DNA from: Marsupella aquatica
Taxonomy: Eukaryota > Plantae > Marchantiophyta
Direction: 5' to 3'
DNA length: 64,000 nucleotides
Assembly (NCBI GenBank): GCA_973895155.1
Contig: OZ316896.1
Location: 22,091,722 to 22,155,721, forward strand
Part shown: one piece after another, positions 37,667 to 50,545 of the stretch
How positions within the stretch are numbered: position 1 is the stretch's first letter
How the letters are laid out: the number at the start of each line of letters is the position of its first letter
The notes under the pieces: generated by a model
Told to the model about the DNA's origin: nothing
Database searches by the model: none
What the model saw: only the letters and a program-made list of their open reading frames with translations
Translations under genes and position numbers: made by a program

Positions 37667-38973
37667 TTTTGCCAAGTATATTTGTTTTTATAAAATGATT
37701 TCATTCATATGAGTACCACGGTGAATGGATGTATACACTTTCCTTGCATTGCATGCACATCAGGTGTACATTGAGGCAGGGTCAATACAAATAAGACAAT
37801 GGCCTGGGAGGGATTAGATAAAAGAGTGTATTTTTGAATACTATGATGGCATCAAAAGGAAGTACTTTACCTGCTAAAGTGATGAGGAATATCAAGAAGT
37901 ATTCTGCTCCCTTCATATTTTGCTGTGGGTTTATTTTTATTTGTTCTCTTAAGCTTTGCTTTGCATATTTGATTTCTTTCACTTGGCTTGGAAATGTAAA
38001 TTTTGAATGACAGACCACTTCAAAAAGTGGCGCAAGCGTGTATTATAGGAGTTAATTTGTAATTGACATAGATTATCATGGGGGTACTTGATATGAATGT
38101 CTAGGTATGGAAAGTACTATGTCTATGCATGGATGGTTTCCTATGCATTGATAGTACTATACTTATATGTCCAGAAAGTATTTGATTATTGTGCATTGGT
38201 ATTCCTGGCATTCCCCTTTATTTCTTGATTGGAAAACGTGCACTCTTTACTTCACACTAAACATTATTCAATTTTGGTTCATTCCTTTTGTTTGTCAGAT
38301 TCTTTGATTTTTGTGCCCTTCAAATTCAAATGATGACCACTGCATAAAAAGGCGCAACCTTGTATTATAGTTCTTGATATACATTTCCTCCTACAAGTAA
38401 CGAGATTCGTAATTAATATTGTCGTTGGTGCAGTCGATGATCTACGGTAGCTGCCGGCAGTGCTGTGTAAGCAGGGTTGTGAATAGTGCCTCGGTAGTGA
38501 ATAGTGTCAAACCAGACCCTGTGACCGCAGCGGGTCTGAAAGGCTGGTCCTGGGAGATTTCGGGTGACGGTTGGGATCGCTGATGAGTGTTGATTAGGGT
38601 CAACGGTCCAGATCTAATGAGGGGACTTCAAAGGCTGAGATTGTATTATGCTTTTGTTGAGGGAATCGACGGGCCTCATCGGTTCTCCTTTAGGGAATCG
38701 ACGGTCCCCATATGTCCTGTAGTGGCTGAAGAGTCTTCTCGAAGAAGCAATGTCATTGACGGTCTGGATGTGTCACACTTGGACCATCAACGGCCCAAGG
38801 ATGCCAATGCGTGGGCAATTTACCCTGAAACACGTGCAATCATACATTTCAAATTTTGACTGTTCCTCGCGTTTTCAAAGAGAACAGTGACAATTTTGAA
38901 AGATGTCAATGTGGAACACATCGAGAGGTAGATCAGAAACCTGCGTACAATTTGCCATTCTCTGAATTGAATC

Positions 38974-39504
38974 ATGTCAATGGAGGCGGGCGAAGATTCT
39001 TCGATAAGAGAAATTCATAGAGCTATGAGGGGTGGCCTGTTTGTGACATTCGGTCCAATTTCAGGGTACATTGTCAACTTCGATGTGCCATATTCTTATC
39101 CCAGGAAGTTTAACTATCTGGCTTGTACCAACATCAATGAGAAGAAGAATACTACATGTTTGAAAACAATTGAAGGACCTTACAAATGTGGGCATAACTC
39201 AATGGACACAGGATGTTGGATGGATCAGTTTAGGTTCGATGTGTTTCTCGTGGATCGTGGAGTTGGTGAAGATTGCCCCCCGTTGCGTGCCACTGTGTTT
39301 GAAGCAGGACGGGCCTTGCTCAAGAATATGAGTGCAGGTGATTTTAGCTTGTTGGAGGAGGATGCTCAAGTCACGATGGTTCGAGGCACTATTGACAAGA
39401 TGCCATTTGTTGAAATTGTAGTTCGTGTGCAGGATCATGGTGCTATCATCCAACGATTGTCATTTTTAAGGGAAGGAATTGTTTTTGCGCGTCGTACGCC
39501 TTGA
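38974..39504 (+). CDS. Putative RPA70 C-terminal (DBD-C) OB-fold/Zn-ribbon-like protein, transposon-borne
   Basis: FNYLACTNINEKKNTTCLKTIEGPYKCGH..QFRFDVFLVD..LRATVFEAGRALLKNMSAGDF follows the RPA1-C pattern Y.AC..C.KK..C..YRL.V.I.D....T.F...LL..SA. Recognised by eye. Confidence 0.5.
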   Translation: MSMEAGEDSSIREIHRAMRGGLFVTFGPISGYIVNFDVPYSYPRKFNYLACTNINEKKNTTCLKTIEGPYKCGHNSMDTGCWMDQFRFDVFLVDRGVGEDCPPLRATVFEAGRALLKNMSAGDFSLLEEDAQVTMVRGTIDKMPFVEIVVRVQDHGAIIQRLSFLREGIVFARRTP

Positions 39505-40767
39505 TCACGTCAAAAATCAGTGTGCCCAAGGCTCGCCCGAGAAGATGTAGATTCTCAAGTGCAACCCACTGCTGTGTCACCAACTCCTGGCCGTGCATCT
39601 AGCAGCTCCTTTGATCCATCCGATTTGCAGGTTTTGAAAGCAAGGGTGAAGGAAATGGAGTCGCTTCTGCAGTCCATAGAAATTGACAAAACTGAGTAGG
39701 GCTTCCATAGAATTCAACAAGTTTAGGAGCCAATGGTCTGTATGGAAATAGAGAGAAACTTTGTTGAAGTGCCTCATTTCCGCATCATTATGAATGAATT
39801 TCAAGTTAAGTGTTTATGGTTTCTATGCTCAAATGGAAAACGCCCACCCGAAGCGTTCAGTTCAGTGTTCTCGTTCCTATATTTCATACGTTGTTTGGGC
39901 CACGTCCATGTACTCTAGCGATTAGGTCTTTTGGCATGAAGGGCCGAGTCTTCCGGCAGCGGCCGCCATAGCTGTAATTGACTATCCAAAAATGTAGCTG
40001 ACTACCGATTTTTCAGGAGCAGATTTTGAATGTATTAGCTTCACACATTCTGTGTTAGCTGTGGTGCCAGGCCAGTCCCATTGCCTGTGTAGTATACACG
40101 CAATATGTATGGCACTGCCATAGCTGCACCTTCTCATTTTGTGTCGTCACTCTGCTTCGAAGATTTCTTCAACTCTGCCATTGCTTGTGAATTAGAATGT
40201 CACGTGAAGGGAGTCCTGACTTGGAAGAGCGTCTCGCCATTGAGGGCTTCCGTTACACCAAGGTTAAGGATAGAGTGGGTTATCACAGGTTCTTTGTACG
40301 TGCAATGGGTTCTTGTCGCCAAAAATATAAGTACGTAGGTAGGATGGAACACCATGTTCGCCTGCATTTTTTTGAGAAGCAAAATAAGGAGTTGTGGCGC
40401 GATCCTGTTTGGACACTGACCGCCAGGGTGAAAGACATGTGGACTCTCAGGAAAATCTACGTTCGCTCTTGCATAAATGCTAAGGCAAACCTGGCCTCTC
40501 TCACTATATGGATGCCTCCCCATCCCCTGCGACGTTTTTAGGCCTCGGACCCCCTAAAATGCAAGAAAAAAATATTATTTTTCAACCCCTATAAAGTTGG
40601 AATATTCTTGGAATATTCCAAAAATTTGGTTAGAAAGACCCTAATGTTCTTATAAGTCTCAAAATTGAATTTAAAAGACCTTATTGTTCTTCTACAAAAA
40701 TTCTTAAGTCTTCCCTTCAAACCAATAAAACGACCCTATCCTTTGTCGCACGTGATGTGCCATTTTT

Positions 40768-41388
40768 GTGGAAGTGAAACCCCCGAGCCTGGCCTTCCCA
40801 GTCAGGCCAGCGCCTCCAAATCCTGGGGTGTTGCCTCCAATCATAGAGTGTATGAAGCATGTAGTCCTTCAGGAGTTGCAGATGCATGCTTGGGATTGTT
40901 TGTTAGATAAGAAGGCATTTCGTCAGTTGAGATCTCTAATTCGTAAGGCTGGGACTAGTAACTTGCTGTCTGAATGGCTTCCCCGGGTGTCTGAGTTGGT
41001 CAATGCCACTGACCAACAAATTGGCAGCGAAGGTTACTTCTCACAGTTGCACCTCAATGTGGCCTGCCATGCTCTGGGCGCCCCCATTACAGCGCAAAGG
41101 TATGACAATATGGATGAACCTACTAAGGTCATCCTACGGAAACATTCAGACCTTGCCCTGTTGTGGATCGAAGCACAGAAAAAGGTGTTGCAGTGGGAGT
41201 CCAGCAGTGAATTGAAAGAGCAGAAGGTTGTTGCCCAAACAACTTATGAAATTTGGAAACGAGATCACAAAGTCAGTACATTGCAGAGGATTTGGGACAA
41301 CTTCTACCAGGCTCATCGTAAAGCATTTCCAGATTATTCGCATGAGACAACGGTCGCACATGTACTCCCTATCTCCTTTGGCATTTAG
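40768..41388 (+). CDS. Orphan helical-looking ORF (206 codons) inside the composite transposon block
   Basis: Long open frame with protein-like composition. No family recognised and the start is uncertain. Confidence 0.3.
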   Translation: MEVKPPSLAFPVRPAPPNPGVLPPIIECMKHVVLQELQMHAWDCLLDKKAFRQLRSLIRKAGTSNLLSEWLPRVSELVNATDQQIGSEGYFSQLHLNVACHALGAPITAQRYDNMDEPTKVILRKHSDLALLWIEAQKKVLQWESSSELKEQKVVAQTTYEIWKRDHKVSTLQRIWDNFYQAHRKAFPDYSHETTVAHVLPISFGI

Positions 41389-41993
41389 TTTACTTCTGCT
41401 TTTACACTATTCAGATGTTGGTTTGTGAACGCTGCAACTTTGATTCTGTCGACTGACTGTTATCACATTTTGAGAGGGAGAACTGGAGGTGGATATCCAT
41501 GATGATTCGGATGGACCCAATGAAGCGGAATATGATTGTGCCCCTCGCCCATGTATCAACCTCCTAATCACCCTGACCGCATGGCGCAAAACAAGAATGG
41601 AAGCGAGCCATTGTCATGTGATTTGCCTTCCACAACGGAGTCCTCCCGTGGCACAATGGAACAGCCCATCAACCTTACTCAGACTGAATCACCACCGGCC
41701 CTGCCACACCCGACCTCTGGCAAAAGACGTCTTCCACCTCGTAGCGGCAGGGGTAGAGGTAGACAGATATTTTGAGAAAGTCCTACTTAGATGCCATTCA
41801 GTAATCAAAGGGGAAAGCGTTTTTGCATACAAGTGTGCAGACAATAGTGATGTTTTTTATGTACTCAAAAGCTTCCATGTAAGTTGTTTCATACACGGGT
41901 TGACTTTTGATTCCTATTTCAGTAAAGAAGTTTGTTTCTTCAACATTTCAGATTGAGATCAAGCATTCTACTACATGCTTCAAACTGCAGGGT

Positions 41994-44960
41994 TTACATT
42001 CTGCTAATTCTCCTTGTCATCGGCCACCTGACTCTGGTTGCACAAACTGTATGCGTTCCAGTATAGAAGATCATACACATTCTGCAAGGCGCTGCCGGAC
42101 TTAACTGTAACATTGAATGTCTGCCCATTGTGAGATTGACACCATCAATGGAATTGGCAATGGGCACATTCAAATCTAGAACCTGGAATGGGCTGCCACT
42201 GTTATTTGGAGTAGGACCTTGCATGACTGTTGTGTTGACAGCCATTGATTGCTTTGGTTTTGTGGCATTCGCTTTTCCCTTCTTTGCCTTTTTGGGAACT
42301 GTTGTGTCGTCTTGCATCACAATTACCTTCTGCTTAATCCTGCGAATCTGTTTACCCCCAGTGTTGTGGTCTTTTGCTGCCCTATCCAAAAACTCTTGAG
42401 TGCTTTCCTTCACCACCATGACCTTTTTTAAGGGCAATGCCATTCGCTCCGCATTCTCCTTCTCGATGACTTCCTTTTGTTCTTTTGTCAGCCTCTTAGC
42501 CAATGGCCGCTTTTGTCCTCTGTAAATATTATCAACAATGCTGAGGTGCCTTTTCTGGCTGTTGTCTGGGTCTATTCGCTTCAAGGTCCTCGCCTTTGCA
42601 CTCCGGAAGTCACGATCACGCTTCCTTGCATTTCGTGCCACGATATTCCTCACGTCATGCCTCCAATTTTTTAGTTTTGTCATTGCAATACTTCTCATAT
42701 TGAGGTCTCCATCACAATTCGCAAGTGTGTCGAGCACAACTTCTCTGAAATCGTCGTCCGTAAATGCTTCCACAGCATGATCCCCTCTGCCTTCCCCAGT
42801 CCTTGTAGAGTTTTCATCTCCTCCATCAGTATTGTCCATGGGGAGAGTGATGTTGAAACACGGAGGAAGTTCCACGTCCTCAAACAATTCGCCAAATGCA
42901 GGTCTCTCAAACGTGCAAGTCGGTGCCACCATGCTACCAAAACGTGTGCCAAATCGTTGCAAGATGTCAATTTCTGTCATCCCCTTCATACTCAGAATCT
43001 TCACTTGATGTTTGCAAGTGTTCCCCTGGATTGAGGTATCACAAGTGCAAACACAGTCTTCACTATCGTAGTTCTCCAGTATGTGAGTATTTGTCTTTGG
43101 TGGTGTCTGAGACTTCACCATTGCTGTTCTACTGTCAATGAAGAAAGTAACATCACCATCTGGGATTCCCCTGGCTCTAAGAATAGCCGACCACACATAG
43201 TTCTCAATGTTCTTGTTTCTCACCCTGCCTTGCCACTTCATACATGACAAGCACCAAAAGAAATGTTCTAGCTCATTCACTAGTTGTGTCACTAGCCACA
43301 CAACCTTCCTGCCTAGCTTGAAAGGCTTCTCTGTCCTCAAGTGCAACTTAAGAGTAGCATGCCACTGCTCAACTGCTCCATTGGTGTCCTGGTTGGCATG
43401 TTTGAACTTCCGAAAATTTTGCACCCACCTCTCCGTGACCCTGTGGTGCCACTCTTTCTAGTATGCAACAAAGTCCTTATGATTGCCAATCCACTTTCTC
43501 ATGAAATTATGGGACATGTTCACAGCATCTGCAAAACAATCAAATTTCCAACCTTCTTAAGTGTGCAGCAAAACCTGGCACCAAACACTGCCAAAAATGA
43601 CCTCCTCAGTGCACATCCCAGGAAAAGTCACTTTAGGGTGTACCTGTTGCAAGTGCCCCCATGATGTTCCCCAACTCCTTATTCACCTCTGCCCTCGAAT
43701 TTGGGTCTGCAATTTTCTTCAAGATGTTTTTGTATTGGGCACGCCGAACATGCCACAAACACAATACGATAGGGACTCCAGGCCACAGTGATCTGCCAAA
43801 GTATGGAAGTCATGAGGGGGGTATATATGGGGCACTTGAGGTATAACCACTATTTGGTGTTTTGGGACATGTTGGACATGAAAGACTTGAGGGAGGGTAG
43901 GGGTTGCAAAATCACTGTACCAATCAAGGGAGACCTCATCTCGGAAAACTAAGTTCAAATTTGAAATCAGGGAATCCTTCTTAGTCTACTCGGTGAATAT
44001 GGGCCCCAGTGGAGAGGGTCGAGAAAATGGAGTTTTTCCAAACTGGCTCCAAAGTGGGGGGGTTTTGGGACAAACGGAGCAAAAAATACAAAGGGAAAAT
44101 ATGATGAGGAAAACACGGGTTTTAAGGGAAGGAGACCTCATCTCGGAAAACTAAGTTCAGATTTGAAATCAGGGAGTCCTTCTTAGTCTATTGGGTGAAT
44201 ATGGGCCCCAGTGGAGAGGGTCGAGAAAATGGAGTTTTTCCAAACTGGCTCCAAAGTGGGGGGTTTTGGGACAAACTGAGCAAAAAATACAAAGGGAAAA
44301 TATGATGGGGAAAACACGGGTTTTAAGGGAAGGAGACCTCATCTCGGAAACTTAAGTTCACATTCGAACTAGAAAAATGCTGTTTTTGTAGAGGGGCCTA
44401 AAAGTGGACCATAGTTATCAAATAATACAAAGGAAGGATATAGGACATACTAAGCAAAAAAACACATGGATGAAGCAAAAAGGAAAAAGGAAATAAAACC
44501 AAAGAGGATGAGGAACGTCTCTTACATCAAGGCATTGTGCTCTTCATCAGCACAATCAACAAGAAATGCTGAGGGCATCCACAAGTCCTCTAATCTGAGA
44601 ACTTCGGTCCTTGTTCGTTCAACAGCTCCTTTCACAGCCTGAAGTACAATCCGCAAATCAGATTCTGCCTTGGATTCCGTCAAGGCCCAGCAAGTAGGGA
44701 TTCCATTTTGCCATTCATCAAAACACAACAATGTGTGCAGTTCATACTGCATACATTGTATCGATCAGAGTTTAGGTTAGTGAATTTAAGCAAAACACTG
44801 AAGCTTGTATAGAAATCTGGGAATTTAAGTAATACAAAAAATACAACTGTAAAAGAAGTCATTCATGAAGAGAACTAACCCCATACTCGTTTGTGCCAAA
44901 GGTGCCATCTAGTTTATGCCAAAGGTGCCATCTAGTTTGTGCCAAAGGTGCCATCTAATT
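41994..44960 (-). pseudogene. Mutator-like (MULE) DDE transposase with SWIM zinc finger; spliced, 5'-truncated and disrupted
   Basis: Exons give LDGTFGTNEYG | YELHTLLCFDEWQNGIP..FLVDCADEEHNAL | ..VLCLWHVRRA | ..DTNGAVEQWHATLK..CVCTCDTSIQGNTCKH, i.e. D, D, CxxH, E and SWIM motifs. There is an in-frame TAG at 43458-43460 and a frameshifting 23-bp triplication at 44889-44957. Confidence 0.85.
43929..44362. repeat. ~201-bp tandem repeat (about 2.1 copies) in a transposase intron
   Basis: GGAGACCTCATCTCGGAAA starts at ~43929, 44131 and 44332, with near-identical units. Confidence 0.9.
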
Positions 44961-44964
44961 TATT

Positions 44965-46263
44965 GACATCTTCTGCACATCTTTTCCTTGGCGACATTTA
45001 ATGCAACGACATGTTTTACTTCACAACATCTATGACTAATGACATTGTTTTACTTGACGACAACTTTGGAGTCACGACATAGTTTTACTTGACTACATTG
45101 TTGACATTATAACAACATCTTTTTACTTGACCACATCAATCTTGGACATAACAACAATATTGGCATCACAACTTTTTTCTTGACAACATCTTTTACTTGA
45201 TGATGTATTTTTTACTTCACAACACCTTTGGCGACACTATTTCTTTTTACTTGACAATATCTTTGACATAACAACATCTTTGGCGCCCCTATATCTTTTT
45301 ACTTGGCAATATCGTTCACATAACGACATTTTTTACTTGACAATATCTTTGATATCTTCGGTGACACGACTCTTTTTTTCTGAACAACATTTTTTTACTC
45401 CACGACTTTTTTTAATGCCATCTTTTTACTTTGCGACATCTTTGTCAACACGAAATATTTTTACTTCATGACATCTTTGGCAACTCAACTTTTTTTAAAC
45501 TACATCCTTTTTACTTCATGATATCATTTACATAACAACATCTTTGGTGATGCAATATTTTTTCTTAACAACATCTTTTGTGCAACACACTGGTTTTCTT
45601 CACAACATCTTGGGCAACACGACATTTTTTTTCGTAAGAACATCTTGGGCAACACCACACCTTTTTTTCTTAACGACATCTTGGGTGACACAACAACTTG
45701 GGCAACACAACATCTCTTTTTCTCAATGACATCTTTTTTCTTAATAAGTAACATCTTGGGCGATACGACATTTTTTTTTCTTAACAACATCTTGGGGGAC
45801 ACAACATCTTTTTTCTTTGTCATGACATCTTTTGTGTAACGTACAGGTATTTTCTTCACGGCATCTTTTGTTCTCAATGACTTCTTGGCTGACACGACAT
45901 CTTTTGTTCTCACCGACATCTTGGCTGACATGACATCTTTTCTTCTCAACAACATCTTGGGTCGGATCTTGGGTGACATGACATCTTCCTTCTCAATGAC
46001 CTCTTGGCCGACACAACATCTTTTGTTCTCAACGACCTCTTGGCCTACCGGACATCTTTTGTTATCATTGTCATCTTGGCCGACATGACATCTTTGTTCT
46101 CAACAACATCTTGGGCGACACAAAATCTTCCTTCTCAACGACCTCTTGGCCGACACAACATCTTTCTTCTCAATAATCTCTTGGCCGACACAACCTTTTT
46201 TGTTGTCAATGACATCTTGGCCGTCACGACATCTTTTGTACACCGCACAGGTATTGAGCTAGT
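44965..46263 (+). mobile_element. Non-autonomous Helitron-like element: ~1.3-kb degenerate GACATCTT-core repeat array ending in a Helitron-like 3' end
   Basis: Dozens of ACAACATCTT/GACATCTT units. It ends TTTTGTACACCGCACAGGTATTGAGCTAG|TT (CTAG 46259-46262), the inverted counterpart of 36812-36865. Confidence 0.6.
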
Positions 46264-47798
46264 TAAATATTATAATACAACGCTGCATCTTTTTATGAAG
46301 TGGTCATCATTCAAATTTGCAGTGTCCAAAAAACATTAATTTTATCATCCAAAAAACATTAATACTATTGATCAAAGAGAAGGAATAAAGGTTACATTAA
46401 ATGTAGTGCGCACCAAAAAGTGAATCAAATGCATTCCAAACAAGAGGGGGATCAAATGGGACACAAAAAACGAGAATGAATGCACATGCACGAGGATTAA
46501 GGAATCTAAAGCTCATCTATAATAATAAGAGGATGCGACAAGAAAAATGACGGCTTGGATTGAATCACTAGTTGTAAATATCTATGATATTATCTTGAGC
46601 AACTTAGTTTGAAGATTCAATTTGTTAATACATGCTAATAAAACAAAATTTGCATCAATGTCCTAATGATCATGGCAAATGGAAACAAAGACAAAAACCA
46701 TAAGTGTAGAATCATCATAGGTGTTGGAGAGAGAGGTTGTATAGACCAACTTTCATGGGACTATGAACACTTGTTTTCTTGCATGATGTGGATTATGTAA
46801 TCAATTCTACTTTATGATGTTATTTTGTCTTATTATTAAATGTAGCTTTCTCCATTATGTAGAGATTGTAACTAATAAACTGAACAAAAATAGGTTGGAT
46901 AGGAGATTTAGTGATGTTGTGTTCAATATTTAAGGACTAATTTGTTGTGCTTGTGGAGGCTGATTGGAGGTTGAACTCATGACTCTTTTGGTGTGCCTAG
47001 GGTGATCATAGTGGGGTTTAATCTAGCATACTTCAGGCTAGGTGAGAGTATCGTTTACAGAAGACATTCAAGCTCGGAGGCAGACATCAAGTGGCAGAGT
47101 ATTTTTTGTATGGCTCTCACCATGTGACCCATGTAGGTTTGTAGCATTGCATGTTTTGTTTAATAATTACAGTTTGTATGGATTTTATTAGTTGTGAAGT
47201 GGCCCAATGTCCTTTCGATTCAATGGTTGAGCCCCCCTCTTCAGCCTTTCTTGAGATGAACATTTTACTCTTGGTTGCTAGACAAACTTGGGAGAGTTTA
47301 CGAATTATTTTATAATCAATAGCAAGCTCAACTTTTTGACAACACTTGAAATACAGGTTTGCCTTCTTTCTCTTCTCTCCTTATGGTCCAGAAGTGTGAT
47401 TGCTAATATATTTTGTGATAAACCTATTTCAAACATTTGTTCAATTCCAAGATTTCACCTTAGTCAATTGATTTGTGATAATTATTTTTAGATAAAAGAA
47501 GTGAAAAGTTCTAATTTGCAACATCAGATCTAAACTTAGTGAACTGTTTGACCTGAAAATTGGAGTTTCATATTTACTTGTAAATACTTTTTCAAATCTT
47601 GACAACTGAAAAGATGTAAATATTGATACTCTATCTAAGGAACTTTGCTACAAAGAAAGGCATATTAAGAAGACTTTAGATTGAGAGTTATTTCCTTTTG
47701 AAATTCATTTTCCAATAGAAATAGCAAAAGCAAGATCAACATTTGATACGTACAACTCTTAACATAACATTGTCTTTACGTTAAAAATGAAGAAGATC

Positions 47799-48080
47799 AC
47801 AAGTTAAGGCATCTTGGTGCCCACATCTGGAAGGTTGGTGTACTTTTTGACCCAATTACCTTTTAAACTTAATAAGGTTACAAGTTAAGGCATTATGGTG
47901 CACACATCCGCAAGGGTCGGTGTACTGTTTGACCCCAATTGTAACTTTAAAATTAATAAGGTTACAAGTTAAGCCATTTTGGTGCACACATCCGCAAGGG
48001 TCGATGTACTGTTTGACCCCAATTGTAACTTTGAAATTGATAAGGTTATGAGTTAAGATATTAAGGTGCACACATCCCTA
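47799..48080. repeat. ~84-bp tandem repeat, about 3.4 copies
   Basis: ACAAGTTAAG..GGTGCACACATCCGCAAGGGTCG.TGTACTGTTTGACCCCAATTGTAACTTT.AAATT.ATAAGGTT repeated. Confidence 0.9.
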
Positions 48081-49239
48081 AGTAGGCTTAGCATAACTGA
48101 GATTGGATTAAGACCAAATTGTCATATCAACATATTTTTTAACTCACAATTTGGAGCTATGTTTGAGCTCCAACAACTTAATACTAGATTCCCCAGCTTT
48201 CCTCTCTATCCCTTAGAGAATGTTCAGCCCATTTGGTTGAGTAGAACAAAAATGAATTTTTTTTAGAGATTCATGTTAATTTTGGCTTCAACTTAGTTGA
48301 CCCACATTGCTGGCCCATATATAATAATTATTATTTCCCAGTTTTTGAGTGACAGCTAACATAGATCTGACATGCGTTATACTTCTCACACACATTATTA
48401 TTCTTGCGCACTTCCATTCTCACACACATGACAGTTTTTACACAAGCGACATTATTGTGCATCAACCCACATTGCACAACTCTCATCATTGATCAACAAA
48501 CATCAATGGTTAAGACTAGCTTGTTATCTTATTTTATTACCCAAAGTACTATCCAAGTTTTTACGGGTCCAGTTAGAGACTCTTGCAAATTTATAAATTC
48601 AGAGAAAATTCCACATCATCCATTTATCCATTGGATTTTACTTATCAATGGTGGAGATTGCGCAATGTGTTGTATCACTCGTGTGACCGTTCAAGACACT
48701 CGCGTGGCAACCGTGAAGAAAATGTTGGGTTCATTTGCAAGAATGATACACATTCTTTGATGTCAAATTTAAACAAATGAATGACATTCTTGGCATAACT
48801 ACATCATTGGTGACATGACATCTATTTACTTGATGACAACTTTTTACTTGATGACCTCTTGGGCGACATGTCATCTTTGGCAAAATGACTTCCTTTTTCT
48901 TAACTTAGCTGTTTTCTATGATTGGTGAACCTGCAAATCAGTTTGCGACACCTCTAGACATATTAACGGAATGTTTAATAGTATTCTATCAATTTTTTTT
49001 GGAATTTGTTATTCTCAATTGAACAATATACCTATGTTATTTTCAGATAGCGCTTCTTCAATACATTATGGATACTTCCCATAGTGGGAGAAATTAAAAA
49101 TCCAGTTGGATATAATACGGGTTGTTTTTAGTCGATATTCATATAATTTTCAATGATTTTTCGAAAAAACTTAGAATCATTGGAAATTATGTGAATATAT
49201 TAAATTGCATTTCTATGTAGAAAAAAATTGTTTTATTTC

Positions 49240-49456
49240 ATGACATCTTTCACATAACAACATCATTCTTGGGAAACACAACATCTTTTCTCTTAACGGG
49301 CGCCACAACACTTTTCTCTTAGCACATCTTGGGCGCAACAACATCTCTTTTCTTAACATCTTGGGTGCCATGATATATTTATTTTAGCGACATCTTGGGT
49401 GACACAATATCTTTTGTGCAACGCATGGATATTGAGATATTAGGTATTGAGATAGT
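49240..49456 (+). mobile_element. Third, degenerate copy of the GACATCTT array with a Helitron-like end
   Basis: ACATCTTGGG units ending CTTTTGTGCAACGCATGGATATTGAGAT..GGTATTGAGATAGT. Confidence 0.5.
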
Positions 49457-50028
49457 AATTCATAAAACCAAAAGAGATACAGTAGTATCCTAGCTTGACA
49501 TGGAATACGGCTATGCCCGATTTTGCACCAGATTTTACTGGCCCAAGGAGGAAGGTTGACTTGAGATCACTCTATCTCAACCCCATTAATTATTAAGCTC
49601 GAACAGGATCCAAAAGTTCTCTTTGTATATGAAACTAACAACTTTATTCTACATATGTGTCTCCTAACTTAAATAGATCTGTTCAGACGTCACATATGAG
49701 CTTGAAGATCCTCACTGAGAATCTGAGACGGGCTGAGAATAAAGTTTTGGACGGCTATCCCATCCAAGCATATGGCTCCTGCAAGAGATATCAGAGTGCC
49801 AAAGGGCAAAAAACACCAAATTGGGAGACAAGATCCCAAAGGCAAAGCAACCCAAAGAAAGGGAGGAAAAGAGGGAAAAAGGACCCCAAGAAAAAACAAG
49901 TCAAGGCGCCACAAACCAAAAGCCTACCAAAATGTAACCTATGAAGGAGCTGTGAAGGCTAACACCCACTTTACTGAAATGGCAGTACAAAGGAGAATGG
50001 TGTTGTGGGCCACCTTTGTGTTTATCTA

Positions 50029-50545
50029 GACTGGAGCACCCATGCATGCCAGTTGCGAGCTACAGTACTGTAGTAGTGTAGTGTTAATGACTGTGTTGAA
50101 TCTAAAGGTCCTTGACAAGCTGATTTGCGTGGAAAGAGCACAGGAAACCCTGCCCTAGCCCCTAGATATGCCCTAGACAAATAATTGCCCAACTAGCTAG
50201 AGGTGTTTATTTAATGAACTATGAGACTCGAGCACCCATCCATGCCAGTTGCGAGCTTCAGTACTGTAGTGTTAATGACTGTGTTGAAACTATTGGCTTT
50301 TGACAATTTGCGTGGAAAGAGAACGAGAAACCCTGCCCTAGACATGCCCAAGACAAATTGTCGCCCAACTACAGTAGCTAGAGGTCTCGGGAAGTCGTAG
50401 GGAGGGAAACAAATCATCAACAAAGTCAGCAAAAGACAAACAAAAAGGTGGACCAATCTCCTTTTTGGTGCCACTTGCAGGAGATTGACCATCCAAATCA
50501 CTTTGGTGCCACTTACAGGAGATTTTTGGTGCCACTTGCAGGTCA
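50029..50545. repeat. ~195-bp diverged tandem duplication followed by three TTTGGTGCCACTT(G/A)CAGG repeats
   Basis: GAGCACCCAT.CATGCCAGTTGCGAGCT.CAGTACTGTAGT at ~50034 and ~50229. Short repeats at 50464-50543. Confidence 0.8.

Noticed and set aside
36812-46263. Canonical MULE with TIRs and 9-bp TSD
   Set aside because: No matching TSD in the flanks and the ends have Helitron-like hairpin plus CTAG form. Kept only as an unresolved composite.
45524-46339. Repetitive ORFs (KDVVSPKMLL...) as real proteins
   Set aside because: By-products of the GACATCTT DNA repeat array.
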